From contig JAVJWO010000162.1 in the NCBI GenBank assembly GCA_040222015.1, positions 1 to 63,127 of the forward strand: a stretch of DNA of 63,127 nucleotides. Direction: 5' to 3'. Made by a program: the position numbers and the translations under genes. The notes under the pieces are model-generated. The model saw only the letters and a list, made by a program, of their open reading frames with translations, did no database searches and was not told where the DNA came from. Positions 1-9,514 of the stretch are shown piece after piece. Source of the stretch: Coleofasciculus chthonoplastes F2-STO-03 (GTDB taxonomy: Bacteria; Cyanobacteriota; Cyanobacteriia; Cyanobacteriales; Coleofasciculaceae). Numbering within the stretch: position 1 is the first letter of the stretch; each line of letters starts with the position of its first letter.

Positions 1-136
1 CTGCTCCCTCTGCTCCCTCTGCTCCCTCTGCTCCCTCTGCTCCCTCTGCTCCCTCTGCTCCCTCTGCTCCCTCTGCTCCCTCTGCTCCCTCTGCTCCCTC
101 TGCTCCCTCTGCTCCCTCTGCTCCCTCTGCTCCCCC
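1..136. repeat. STRR-type tandem repeat (CTGCTCCCT)n, about 15 copies, running off the window edge
   Basis: Direct 9-bp periodicity immediately downstream of the hflX stop. Confidence 0.95.
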
Positions 137-138
137 AT

Positions 139-1857
139 CTACATTTGCGGTGCGATCGCATAATCCACTAACTGGGCTATTTTTTGCCGTAGAGTTTCGA
201 GTCCTAACCGCTTGCTAGCCGAAATAAATATCCCTTGGGGAAATTCCTCTTGGGCTAAAACTAGGGTATCACTGTCTACGTCGTCAATCTTGTTAAACAC
301 CACCAGAATCGGTCCGGGTGTCACAGGCATATCTGCCAAAATGGACATGACTGAACGAATATGATTTTGCCATGCGGGATGGGATAAATCCACCAGATGG
401 ATTAACGCATCGGCTTCTGTCACCTCTTCCAACGTGGCGCGGAAGGAATCGACGAGGGGGGGTGGTAATTCGTGAATGAATCCCACAGTGTCGGTTAGCA
501 ACACTGTAATCGATTCCCCTGTCTCCGCATAAGTAATCGGTAGACGTCGGGTGGTGGGGTCGAGGGTGGCAAATAATTGATCAGCGGTGTAAACTTCGGC
601 ATTAGTTAATGTATTTAACAACGTCGATTTGCCAGCATTTGTATAACCCACAACAGAAATCGTTGGCACATCTTGTTTCTGGCGTCGTTGTCGCATCCGC
701 GATCGATGTGCTTGTAACTGGTTCACTTCTTGTTGCAATCGGGCTATTCGGCGCTGAATTGCACGGCGTTCGGTTTCTAATTTGGTTTCCCCTGGACCAC
801 GAGTCCCAATTCCACCGCCTAATCGAGACATGGCTTGACCTCGACCCGTGAGGCGCGGCAGCATATATTCTAATTGGGCTAATTCGACTTGTAATTTCCC
901 GGCACGGGATTGGGCGCGTTGGGCGAATATATCTAATATGACTTCCGTGCGATCAACGACTCGTATCCCAGTTTGGGCTTCTAGGTTACGAACTTGGGCG
1001 GGGGATAAGTCGCGGTCAAATACCACCAGATTCGCCCCTAATGTCTGCACCGTCAGGGCAATTTCCTGCACTTTTCCCGCGCCGACAACGGTTTGAGGAT
1101 GGGGTTGCGATCGCCTTTGTCGCATCGTCTGTAATACTTCCCCGCCTGCGGTTTGCACCAGTCGGGCAATTTCGGCTAACCCGTCTTCAAACTGCCCCTT
1201 ACTCATATTGCCTGTCATTAACCCGACAATCAACACCCGATCTTGATCAACATCGACGTGTTGGGCGATGAATTCGCGGCGAAATTCGGCTTCAAGTCCT
1301 TCGACTAAATCAAAGAAATCTTGTTTAGTCAATACATCCAGACTTAATGCTGGGGACATAAGCCAATTGGGTTGACCCTCGGTGTCTTGTCTGGAAGACT
1401 GAGTAACCGGAATCAGGTGGGCTAAATAGGTTTCTTTGACATATCCGGTTGCACCCCCTCCCCGGCGTTCAAATCCTGATTCACTCACGGTTAGCATGAC
1501 TAACGCATCTAAGCGCTGAATCGCCATAGCGGTTAAGTCCGTGTTACGCGGGGTATGGGATTTGAGTTGAGTCGCAATGCAGCGAATCCCACACAATCGT
1601 TCTGCACCATAGCGGGGTAACTCTAAAGGTGGGATTTTGGTTTGTGTTGGTGTTCCCACTCCCACTCGAATCACCTGTCCTCGACGATTCAGGTAAGTAC
1701 ATAAAGGTTGTTTAATATCAGCGCTAATGGCGGCTAACCGTTGGGCAAATTCCGGCGTGGTCAAGCGATCGCCCGGTAAGCGCTGGTGATAGAGGCGTTG
1801 CAGTTGTTTAAGCTGGCTAGGCTTTAAGCCGACAAGATTGCCATAGATCGTTTCGAT
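139..1857 (-). CDS. hflX: GTPase HflX (long cyanobacterial form); probable ATC start at 1857
   Basis: GYTNAGKST, DQLFATLDPT, DTVGFI, NKID and RGPGETKLE motifs. The frame extends 31 codons upstream of the called TTG (IETIYGNLVGLKPSQLKQLQRLYHQRLPGDR), resembling recalled cyanobacterial HflX N-termini. Confidence 0.92.
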   Translation of the reverse strand: METIYGNLVGLKPSQLKQLQRLYHQRLPGDRLTTPEFAQRLAAISADIKQPLCTYLNRRGQVIRVGVGTPTQTKIPPLELPRYGAERLCGIRCIATQLKSHTPRNTDLTAMAIQRLDALVMLTVSESGFERRGGGATGYVKETYLAHLIPVTQSSRQDTEGQPNWLMSPALSLDVLTKQDFFDLVEGLEAEFRREFIAQHVDVDQDRVLIVGLMTGNMSKGQFEDGLAEIARLVQTAGGEVLQTMRQRRSQPHPQTVVGAGKVQEIALTVQTLGANLVVFDRDLSPAQVRNLEAQTGIRVVDRTEVILDIFAQRAQSRAGKLQVELAQLEYMLPRLTGRGQAMSRLGGGIGTRGPGETKLETERRAIQRRIARLQQEVNQLQAHRSRMRQRRQKQDVPTISVVGYTNAGKSTLLNTLTNAEVYTADQLFATLDPTTRRLPITYAETGESITVLLTDTVGFIHELPPPLVDSFRATLEEVTEADALIHLVDLSHPAWQNHIRSVMSILADMPVTPGPILVVFNKIDDVDSDTLVLAQEEFPQGIFISASKRLGLETLRQKIAQLVDYAIAPQM

Positions 1858-2018
1858 AGGCGACTTCCAGTAAACTGGCTCCTGACTCTACTGTTGTTTA
1901 TTTTAGCGAGTTTTTGACTTCCTCCCCGGCGTAAACTGAAGAAACCGCTGCCAATCTAGAGGATTTTGAGCGTCAGATTGCTCCTGTAAGTTAATTCAAT
2001 TGACAGGCAAATCCAAAT

Positions 2019-2082
2019 GTAGGGGCGGGTTTAGGAACTCAAGTAACGGGGAAATCACTACATTGAATACAAAACCCGCCCT
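2019..2082. repeat. GTAG-family REP doublet (GTAGGGGCGGGTTT...AAACCCGCCCT)
   Basis: Inverted arms around a variable spacer; same family at 56040-56101, 62702-62742 and in the 144-bp repeats at the window end. Confidence 0.75.
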
Positions 2083-2114
2083 TCCCCCTTCCTTCCCCTC
2101 CCTCATCTCCCCTC

Positions 2115-2169
2115 TTGACAGGTGTGTCTCGTGTGAGGTAAGTTATATATAACTAAATAATGATTTAGT
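2115..2169 (+). promoter_or_regulatory. Putative sigma70 promoter (TTGACA-18 bp-TAAGTT) followed by palindromic operator ACTAAAT-N4-ATTTAGT
   Basis: Perfect -35 at 2115-2120, candidate -10 at 2139-2144, 7-4-7 palindrome at 2152-2169 upstream of the sulfur operon. Confidence 0.55.
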
Positions 2170-2205
2170 AAATAATAGACAAAATGCTCCAAGGGAGATG
2201 AACCG

Positions 2206-2904
2206 ATGTTATTTCGTCAACTATTTGACAGTGAAACCAGCACCTATACCTACCTGATTGCTGATGTAACCACAAAAGCCGCGATTCTGGTCGATCCAGT
2301 CAAAGAACAGGTGGATCGCGATCGCAAACTCCTCGATGAGTTGGGATTAACCTTGCAGTATTGCCTAGAAACCCATATTCACGCCGATCACGTCACCGGA
2401 ACAGCGCAATTGCGGGAGTTGACTCACTGTCAGGGTGTGGTTCCTCAAAATGCCTCAGCTGCTTGTGCTGACCGCTTTCTGGCGGATGGTGAAGTGTTAA
2501 TGGTGGGTTCAGTTGAGATTGTTGCGATCGCCACACCGGGTCATACCGATAGTCATAACGCCTATCTGGTGAATCGCGATCGCGTCCTCACGGGAGATTC
2601 GCTGTTAATTCGCGGATGCGGTCGAACTGATTTCCAAGGCGGTGATGCAAGCACGTTATTTAATTCCATAACTCAAAAGTTATTTAGTTTGCCCGATGAG
2701 ACGCTGGTGTATCCCGGACATGATTATCACGGACATACCGTATCCACAATTGGCGAAGAACAGCAATGGAATCCCCGATTAGCCAATCGCGATCGCGCCA
2801 GCTTTATCGAATTGATGAATAACTTAAATCTTCCTGATCCGAAGAAGATAATGGAAGCAGTTCCTGCTAATGAACGCTGTGGCAAAGTAGCGGTGACAAC
2901 ATAA
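2206..2904 (+). CDS. MBL-fold persulfide dioxygenase (ETHE1/Blh-like)
   Basis: ETHIHADH, TPGHT, GCGRTDFQGG, YPGHDY and AVPAN motifs. Confidence 0.9.
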   Translation: MLFRQLFDSETSTYTYLIADVTTKAAILVDPVKEQVDRDRKLLDELGLTLQYCLETHIHADHVTGTAQLRELTHCQGVVPQNASAACADRFLADGEVLMVGSVEIVAIATPGHTDSHNAYLVNRDRVLTGDSLLIRGCGRTDFQGGDASTLFNSITQKLFSLPDETLVYPGHDYHGHTVSTIGEEQQWNPRLANRDRASFIELMNNLNLPDPKKIMEAVPANERCGKVAVTT

Positions 2905-2982
2905 AAGAACAGGGATTCATGTAAACATCTACACCAATACATTAAGTTAGACAATTTCTGCACATAGATAAGGAGAAAACTC

Positions 2983-3522
2983 ATGGTTTTAGCCAATGCC
3001 AATAACCTACAAGAAATAGACGCCCAAACGTTAAAACAATGGCTGGAACGTCAACAAGTAATGCTAATTGACGTGCGGGAACCGGGCGAATATGCCAGCG
3101 AACATATTCCTGGGGCAAAATTAATGCCACTCTCTAACCTGAATCCCACCGGGGTTAAACCAGAAACCAATCAACAGGTTGTATTGTACTGCCAAAGCGG
3201 GAATCGCTCGAAACAAGCAGCCCAAAAACTCTTCGAGTCTGGAGTTGAATCGGTGAATCATCTTCAAGGCGGATTACCCACTTGGAAATCCGCAGGATAT
3301 CAGACTCAGGTCAATAAAAATGCGCCAATTAGTTTATTCCGACAAGTGCAAATTGTGGCAGGTACATTAGTCTTTACTGGAACCGTATTAGGTGCGTTTG
3401 TCTCGCCTTGGTTTTTAATCTTGAGTGGTTTTGTCGGTGCGGGATTAGTCTTTGCAGGCGTGAGTGGAACCTGTGCCATGGGTATGTTATTGGCAAAACT
3501 ACCTTACAACCAACGAGTTTAA
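2983..3522 (+). CDS. Rhodanese + DUF2892 (YgaP-like) membrane sulfurtransferase
   Basis: DVREPGEY..HIPG, active loop CQSGNRS, C-terminal TM helices RQVQIVAG...GTCAM...PYN. Confidence 0.88.
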   Translation: MVLANANNLQEIDAQTLKQWLERQQVMLIDVREPGEYASEHIPGAKLMPLSNLNPTGVKPETNQQVVLYCQSGNRSKQAAQKLFESGVESVNHLQGGLPTWKSAGYQTQVNKNAPISLFRQVQIVAGTLVFTGTVLGAFVSPWFLILSGFVGAGLVFAGVSGTCAMGMLLAKLPYNQRV

Positions 3523-3603
3523 ATGTGATAGGTCACTGATTTAAGGTTGGTGGGCAATGCCCACCATACAGGGTGTTGACATAAGACCAAGGACATAAGA
3601 CAA

Positions 3604-4446
3604 ATGACTACTTGGATAATTGGGCTAATTCTTGCAGCCGGAATTGGCATTAGTTTGGGGTTAATGGGGGGTGGCGGTTCAGTGCTAGCCTTGCCCATTT
3701 TAGTGTATGTAATGGGGGTGGAAGCGAAAAGCGCGATCGCGATGACATTGGTTATCGTGGGAACTGTTAGCCTGATTGGAACTATCCCTCACTGGCGGCG
3801 AGGGAATATAAATTTTAAAAAGGCATTTATGTTCGGTGCGGCGACGATGGTAGGCGCGTTTTTTGGGGCAAAGTTAGCCTTTTTTGTCAGCGGAACATTT
3901 CAGCTTCTGCTATTTGCGGTAATGATGATTATTGCCGCAGGATTTATGATCCGCAAAAGCAGTAAACCGACGAAACCAGATAACGACTTGCAGTATTATC
4001 CTCAACCGGTGTGTAAATATTGTTGGGTGTGGATGCTAACTGAAGGTTTAGGTGTAGGCGTATTGACAGGTTTAGTTGGGGTTGGCGGTGGATTCGCGAT
4101 CGTTCCGGCATTGGTATTATTAGGAAATACGCCGATGAAGGAAGCAGTGGGAACGTCATTATTAATTATTGCCTGTAACTCGGTAGCTGGATTTCTGGGA
4201 TATTTGGGACAGGTTCCCCTAGATTGGGGGTTAATGGGTTCATTTATTGTGGTGGCAAGTGTGGGAATTATAGTTGGCGCATATTTGGCACAGTATGTAA
4301 AAGCTCAACAATTACAGAAAGCCTTTGGTTATTTTTTACTTGCCGTAGCCGCGTTTATTTTAGTTCAAAATCGTCAGGTGTTCACATCAGGACAGCATCA
4401 GACGGAATCAATTAGGCAGCCAGAGGTTCAGATAGCTTATCGATAA
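3604..4446 (+). CDS. Sulfite exporter TauE/SafE family protein
   Basis: Duplicated GxGGG TM motifs (GLMGGGGS; GLVGVGGG), AVGTSL. Confidence 0.88.
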   Translation: MTTWIIGLILAAGIGISLGLMGGGGSVLALPILVYVMGVEAKSAIAMTLVIVGTVSLIGTIPHWRRGNINFKKAFMFGAATMVGAFFGAKLAFFVSGTFQLLLFAVMMIIAAGFMIRKSSKPTKPDNDLQYYPQPVCKYCWVWMLTEGLGVGVLTGLVGVGGGFAIVPALVLLGNTPMKEAVGTSLLIIACNSVAGFLGYLGQVPLDWGLMGSFIVVASVGIIVGAYLAQYVKAQQLQKAFGYFLLAVAAFILVQNRQVFTSGQHQTESIRQPEVQIAYR

Positions 4447-4555
4447 ATTGCCGATTTGATGAATGTTGGTTGGGGCTTGACTTTTTGGGTCGTTTCAGGT
4501 ATTATTTCATCATGGGAAAATATGCCGTCCTATAGACCCAAATAACCCCGAATCA

Positions 4556-5086
4556 GTAGGGTGGGTTAGGCGGTATTCAATAGAGAAAACAAATCCTTGA
4601 ATTTAGATATCCGCCGTAACCCACCAAATTATCGTTGCTAACAGTTAGGCGGTATTCAATAGAAAAAACAAATCCTTGAATTAGATATCCGCCGTAACCC
4701 ACCAAATTATCGTTGCTAACAGTTAGGCGGTATTCAATAGAGAAAACAAATCCTTGAATTTAGATATCCGCCGTAACCCACGTAGGGTGGGTTAGGCGGT
4801 ATTCAATTGAAAAAACAAATCCTTTAATTAGATATCCGCCGTAACCCACCAAATTATCGTTGCTAACAGTTAGGCGGTATTCAATTGAAAAAACAAATCC
4901 TTTAATTAGATATCCGCCGTAACCCACCAAATTATCGTTGCTAACAGTTAGGCGGTATTCAATAGAGAAAACAAATCCTTTAATTAGATATCCGCCGTAA
5001 CCCACCAAATTATCGTTGCTAACAGTTAGGCGGTATTCAATAGAGAAAACAAATCCTTGAATTTAGATATCCGCCGTAACCCACCA
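4556..5086. repeat. Tandem array of seven ~78-bp REP-doublet units
   Basis: Unit GTTAGGCGG-TATTCAAT...AGATAT-CCGCCGTAACCCACC-AAATTATCGTTGCTAACA; two blocks (3+4), each starting GTAGGGTGGGTTAGGCGG. Confidence 0.9.
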
Positions 5087-5171
5087 ATTGTATTCCTTGT
5101 TGCCTGTTGCCTGTTGCCTTTTCCGCTACAGTTAGCAGTAAGCTGGTTTACGGCGTTCGTCACAATTGATT

Positions 5172-6407
5172 ATGGCAACCATCAACGATAACTACCTGAA
5201 ACTCAAAGCAGGTTACCTGTTTCCCGAAATCGCCCGCCGGGTGAATACCTTTGCTGAAGCTAACCCGGATGCCGATATCATTAAACTGGGAATTGGCGAT
5301 GTTACCGAACCCTTACCCGAAGCCTGTCGCACGGCGATGATTCAAGCGGTAGAAGACATGGGGAATCGGGACTCCTTCCGAGGCTATGGACCCGAACAGG
5401 GGTATCCCTGGCTGCGGGAGAAAATCGCCACCCAGGATTTCCAGGCGCGGGGATGTCAGGTGGATGCGTCGGAAATCTTCATCTCCGACGGTTCTAAGTG
5501 CGATACGGGTAATATTCTGGATATTTTTGGCAAAAATAACAAAATTGCCGTCACTGACCCCGTATATCCCGTCTACGTGGACACGAATGTGATGGCGGGA
5601 CATACCGGAGAGGTGAATGAGAAGGGTGAATTTGAGGGATTAGTCTATTTGCCGATTAGTGCCGAGAATAACTTTACCGCAGAGATTCCCTCTCAGAAAG
5701 TGGATTTGATTTATCTGTGCTTCCCCAATAATCCGACAGGCGCTACCACGACTAAGGAAAACTTGAAGGCGTGGGTGGATTATGCGAAAGCGAATGGGTC
5801 AATTATTTTCTTTGATGCGGCTTACGAATCGTTTATCACCGACGAGAGTTTACCCCATTCTATCTATGAAATTGAGGGAGCGCGAGATTGTGCGATCGAG
5901 TTTCGTTCCTTTTCTAAGAATGCGGGATTTACGGGAACTCGTTGTGCGTTGACGGTGGTTCCCAAAACCTTAACCGCAAAAGCCGCCGATGGTTCAGATG
6001 TAGAACTTTGGAAGCTATGGAACCGCCGCCAGTCTACTAAGTTTAATGGTGTGTCCTATATTGTCCAACGGGGGGCGGAAGCGGTTTACTCAGAAGCAGG
6101 AAAAGCCCAGGTCAAGGCGTTAGTTAACTTTTATTTAGAAAACGCCAAAATTATTCGCCAGAAGTTAACAGAAGCGGGATTAAGTGTGTATGGTGGGGTT
6201 CATGCACCTTATATTTGGGTGAAGACACCCAATGGTTTATCCAGTTGGGATTTTTTCGATAAATTGCTGCAAACCTGTTATGTTGTCGGAACACCAGGTT
6301 CCGGATTTGGCGCTGCGGGTGAAGGCTATTTCCGAATTTCGGCGTTCAATAGTCGGGAGAATGTGGAAGAAGCGATGAAGCGGATTACCCAGAAGTTTAA
6401 AGTGTAG
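5172..6407 (+). CDS. dapL: LL-diaminopimelate aminotransferase
   Basis: [40 protein letters not shown] (PLP lysine). Confidence 0.95.
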   Translation: MATINDNYLKLKAGYLFPEIARRVNTFAEANPDADIIKLGIGDVTEPLPEACRTAMIQAVEDMGNRDSFRGYGPEQGYPWLREKIATQDFQARGCQVDASEIFISDGSKCDTGNILDIFGKNNKIAVTDPVYPVYVDTNVMAGHTGEVNEKGEFEGLVYLPISAENNFTAEIPSQKVDLIYLCFPNNPTGATTTKENLKAWVDYAKANGSIIFFDAAYESFITDESLPHSIYEIEGARDCAIEFRSFSKNAGFTGTRCALTVVPKTLTAKAADGSDVELWKLWNRRQSTKFNGVSYIVQRGAEAVYSEAGKAQVKALVNFYLENAKIIRQKLTEAGLSVYGGVHAPYIWVKTPNGLSSWDFFDKLLQTCYVVGTPGSGFGAAGEGYFRISAFNSRENVEEAMKRITQKFKV

Positions 6408-6429
6408 TACGTAGGGGCACGATATTATC

Positions 6430-6627
6430 CATCCGCGTCAACTTAAGCTCAACCCCTCACCCCCAGCCCCTCTCCCACGCCGGGGAGAGGGGAGCGGGGA
6501 GAGGGTTCCCCTTCTCCCCACGGTCCGGAGTTGGGGTTAGGGGATGAGGGGGAAAATTTCGAGAAGTAGATAGACACAACTTAAAACCTTGCCAGCATTG
6601 GTTTTCTACCTTAAGTTGACACCAATG
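6430..6627. mobile_element. 198-bp MITE with 18-bp TIRs and 9-bp TSD (GATATTATC), inserted in a REP palindrome
   Basis: TIRs CATCCGCGTCAACTTAAG / CTTAAGTTGACACCAATG; TSD at 6421-6429 and 6628-6636; REP arms GTAGGGGCAC / GTACCCCTAC outside. Confidence 0.88.
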
Positions 6628-6669
6628 GATATTATCGTACCCCTACTTATTTGGTGAAATCTTACTCCT

Positions 6670-8784
6670 TTATTCTTCTATACCTTGATCAACTGATATG
6701 TCCGATTCGGGGGAATTATCAACCGTGAGATCCAGTTGATAATCAATCGGTTCATCCGCATCAGATACCACAACAAACTCATAGAACCCCGATTCCGGTA
6801 ATTCCCCAGAAAAGCTGTGCTGGCGCGAATCTTCCAGGAAGATTGTATTGCCTGTAGGACTATAGATCGATAATAAGGCATTAGTATCACTGGATAGCTC
6901 CACATCTATTAACTGATCTGCCCCTAACTCGGCGGTAAAGGCTTTACCTTCTCCAGGTTGCAGAGTTCCACTCATTTGTGTGCCAGTATCACCCGGTTCA
7001 AAAACAATCCGTTCTAACGCCTTTCTGGATTGCAACGCCTTGACGGTATCCACAACCGTGGCTTGCCAGATTTGACCCATGGGTTGATCCAGAAATTCCG
7101 GTCCGGTTTCGCCTTCTTGTTTGGGGAAGATACGGAAAAACTGGGCATCAGCGAGGTCATATAACGCCCGACTACTGACACGTAGACGATTGACGCTTAC
7201 TTTCCAGCGATCGCGATCGCTCTCATCATAACTGCCTAATTGTTGCTTGGCTTGACGACTCAGATCAAGCTGTTCAATCTGGGTGAGTAAATTTGCTGCG
7301 ATTCTATCCCAGGCTTCTCGGAGCCTAACATCTTCTGGATCAGTGCTTAATGGAACTCCCCGTTGTGCTGGATACTCATTCCAAAACGCCTCATCGACTA
7401 AACTGACATAAAAGTCATAATTGATACCCAGATTCATCCGTAGCTGTCGTAGGGTTTGCTTGCGTTGTCGTTCTTCCGGCGAAAAGTCGGAGGAGGGTTC
7501 GGGTTCGTCATCGTCTTCTGGTGAAATCACTGGGTTCTCAAAGTCCTCTACTGTAGGCGTAGCCCCGCGTTGTTCCGATCGCAGTTGCGACTCAATCCAC
7601 AGATTACCCGCCCACCAACCAAAGCCACCGGCTGCCAGAATAAACACCAATGCTAGGATCAATTTCCCCAACCAGCCTAAAGCGGCGTTATTATTGCCAC
7701 TTGGTGCCGACTTGGGAGCAACAGGGGCAGGGGGGGATGGTGGTGTCGGTGCAATCCAAGCGGGTGCGACAGCGACTGTGGCTTGAGTCTGGGGTGATGG
7801 CGGTGGCGGTGGGGAGTATGCGATCTGGGGGGATTGAGATGTCAGGGCTTGTAAGACTTGATTCGCACTTTGAGGGCGATCCTGGGGGTGGGGTTCTAGC
7901 AGTTGTTCGAGGATACGGCTGAGGGTGGGGCTAAGGGGAATGGCACTAAAGTGCCGACTACGAAACCAGGTTAAGGTGTGGGGATCGATTAGCTCAGAGG
8001 GTTCTTTCCCCGTGAGTAACACTAATACTGTTGCCCCTAAAGCATATAAATCGCTACTGGCAGAAATAATACCCCCTTGCATTTGTTCGTGAGGAGCATA
8101 ACCCACCTTACCCAAGCGCGTTGCTGTAACCGGGGATGATGCCATCACCTGAGAGGCTACCGTGGTGGCGATTTGCTTAACCCCGCCAAAGTCAATCAGT
8201 ACAGGTAATCCATCCTTTTGACGGATGATAATATTCTCCGGAGAAATATCTCGATGAATCACGCCTAGGGAATGGATATAGTCCAAAACGGGGAGAATTT
8301 GGCGTAATAATTTGAGAATTTCGGTTTCGTTAAACCCTAATCCCTGACTCCGGCGTGCTTCTAGGATAGCGCGGCAGGTTTGTCCAGCAATATAGTCTTG
8401 GACTAAAAACAGGCGTCCTTCTCCCTGCTGTTTCACTCGCAGCAGTTCTCTAAATTCAGGAATTTGGGGATGTTTCAGCTTATAGAGAACCCCAGCTTCT
8501 CGTTCAAAGAGTTCCGAGGCTTTCTGTAAGGCAAATGTCCCTTGCACTTGCGGGGCGAATTCCTTTAATACACAAGCTTCACCGAAGCGATTCAAGTCTT
8601 GGGCGAGATAAGTTCGTCCAAATCCCCCATGTCCCAATTCTCGTACAATCCGATAGCGTCCTGCCAACGTTAACCCCGATTCGATTTTGCTATTGCTAGC
8701 TTGCTCCAGTTTCTCACCACAGTGGAGACAAAAGCGACTATTGGGGGGATTTTCGTGACCGTGAGAGCAATGTAATGGCTTCAT
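6670..8784 (-). CDS. Membrane Ser/Thr protein kinase (Hanks type) with N-terminal zinc ribbon and extracytoplasmic C-terminal domain
   Basis: CSHGH...CLHCG, GHGGFGRTY, HRDISPEN, DFG, Pro-rich linker, one TM helix; ATG at 8784 preferred. Confidence 0.88.
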   Translation of the reverse strand: MKPLHCSHGHENPPNSRFCLHCGEKLEQASNSKIESGLTLAGRYRIVRELGHGGFGRTYLAQDLNRFGEACVLKEFAPQVQGTFALQKASELFEREAGVLYKLKHPQIPEFRELLRVKQQGEGRLFLVQDYIAGQTCRAILEARRSQGLGFNETEILKLLRQILPVLDYIHSLGVIHRDISPENIIIRQKDGLPVLIDFGGVKQIATTVASQVMASSPVTATRLGKVGYAPHEQMQGGIISASSDLYALGATVLVLLTGKEPSELIDPHTLTWFRSRHFSAIPLSPTLSRILEQLLEPHPQDRPQSANQVLQALTSQSPQIAYSPPPPPSPQTQATVAVAPAWIAPTPPSPPAPVAPKSAPSGNNNAALGWLGKLILALVFILAAGGFGWWAGNLWIESQLRSEQRGATPTVEDFENPVISPEDDDEPEPSSDFSPEERQRKQTLRQLRMNLGINYDFYVSLVDEAFWNEYPAQRGVPLSTDPEDVRLREAWDRIAANLLTQIEQLDLSRQAKQQLGSYDESDRDRWKVSVNRLRVSSRALYDLADAQFFRIFPKQEGETGPEFLDQPMGQIWQATVVDTVKALQSRKALERIVFEPGDTGTQMSGTLQPGEGKAFTAELGADQLIDVELSSDTNALLSIYSPTGNTIFLEDSRQHSFSGELPESGFYEFVVVSDADEPIDYQLDLTVDNSPESDISVDQGIEE

Positions 8785-9216
8785 GAATCCAGAATGTGCG
8801 CTACGTGAGTGAAGAAGGCGGAAGGCAGGCAATAGCGGAATGACCACTAAGATCATTACATGGTAGTAATTGTAGCTTCTGGATTTTTCTGGACTTCTAT
8901 CATATCCCTCTCAAGTGGGAGCGATCGCGAAATCCAACACATTATTCTAAAACCCTTGATACACCGTAGGGTGCCAAAATTTCAGTCCCATTCCTTTTAA
9001 GTGAGTGGAGTTCCTCAAAAAGAAGATGCCGCCTACTGAACTGACACAACTAAAATTAGGGATTAGATTGGGTTCGTAGTAGGGGAACCTTAGCCCCTAA
9101 TTTCTTTCATGAGCATCAGGCTTGCTCAGATGTGCAATGCCACTACTGGAGTCGGTTGAATCGGGCGCATATCAGTTGAATCGGGCGCATATCAGTTGAA
9201 TCGGGCGCACGTCGGT

Positions 9217-9412
9217 CATTGGTGTCAACTTAAGCTCAACCCCTCACCCCCAGCCCCTCTCCCACGCCGGGGAGAGGGGAGCGGGGTGAGGGTTCCCCTT
9301 CTCCCCACGGTGGGAGAAGGGGTTAGGGGATGAGGGGGAAATGTCGAGAAGTAGATAGACACAGCTTTAAACCTTACCAGCATTGATTTTCTACCTTAAG
9401 TTGACACGGATG
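9217..9412. mobile_element. 196-bp MITE (same family as 6430-6627) with 9-bp TSD CACGTCGGT, inserted in a REP
   Basis: TIRs CATTGGTGTCAACTTAAG / CTTAAGTTGACACGGATG; TSD at 9208-9216 and 9413-9421; body closely similar to copy 1. Confidence 0.88.
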
Positions 9413-9514
9413 CACGTCGGTGCGCCCCTACGGTTTCCATTTATCTTGCTCAGGTAAAGTAAAATAACACTTGTGAAGCCAACGCGGATATCAAGTCAAT
9501 ATTAGGAGTGTTTT

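Noticed and set aside
4760..5008. 82-aa repetitive ORF on the minus strand
   Set aside because: By-product of the 78-bp (26-codon) period; neighbouring 79-bp units break the frame
4556..5086. Possible CRISPR array
   Set aside because: The intervening sequences are near-identical rather than unique spacers, the arms are REP-like, and there are no cas genes in the window
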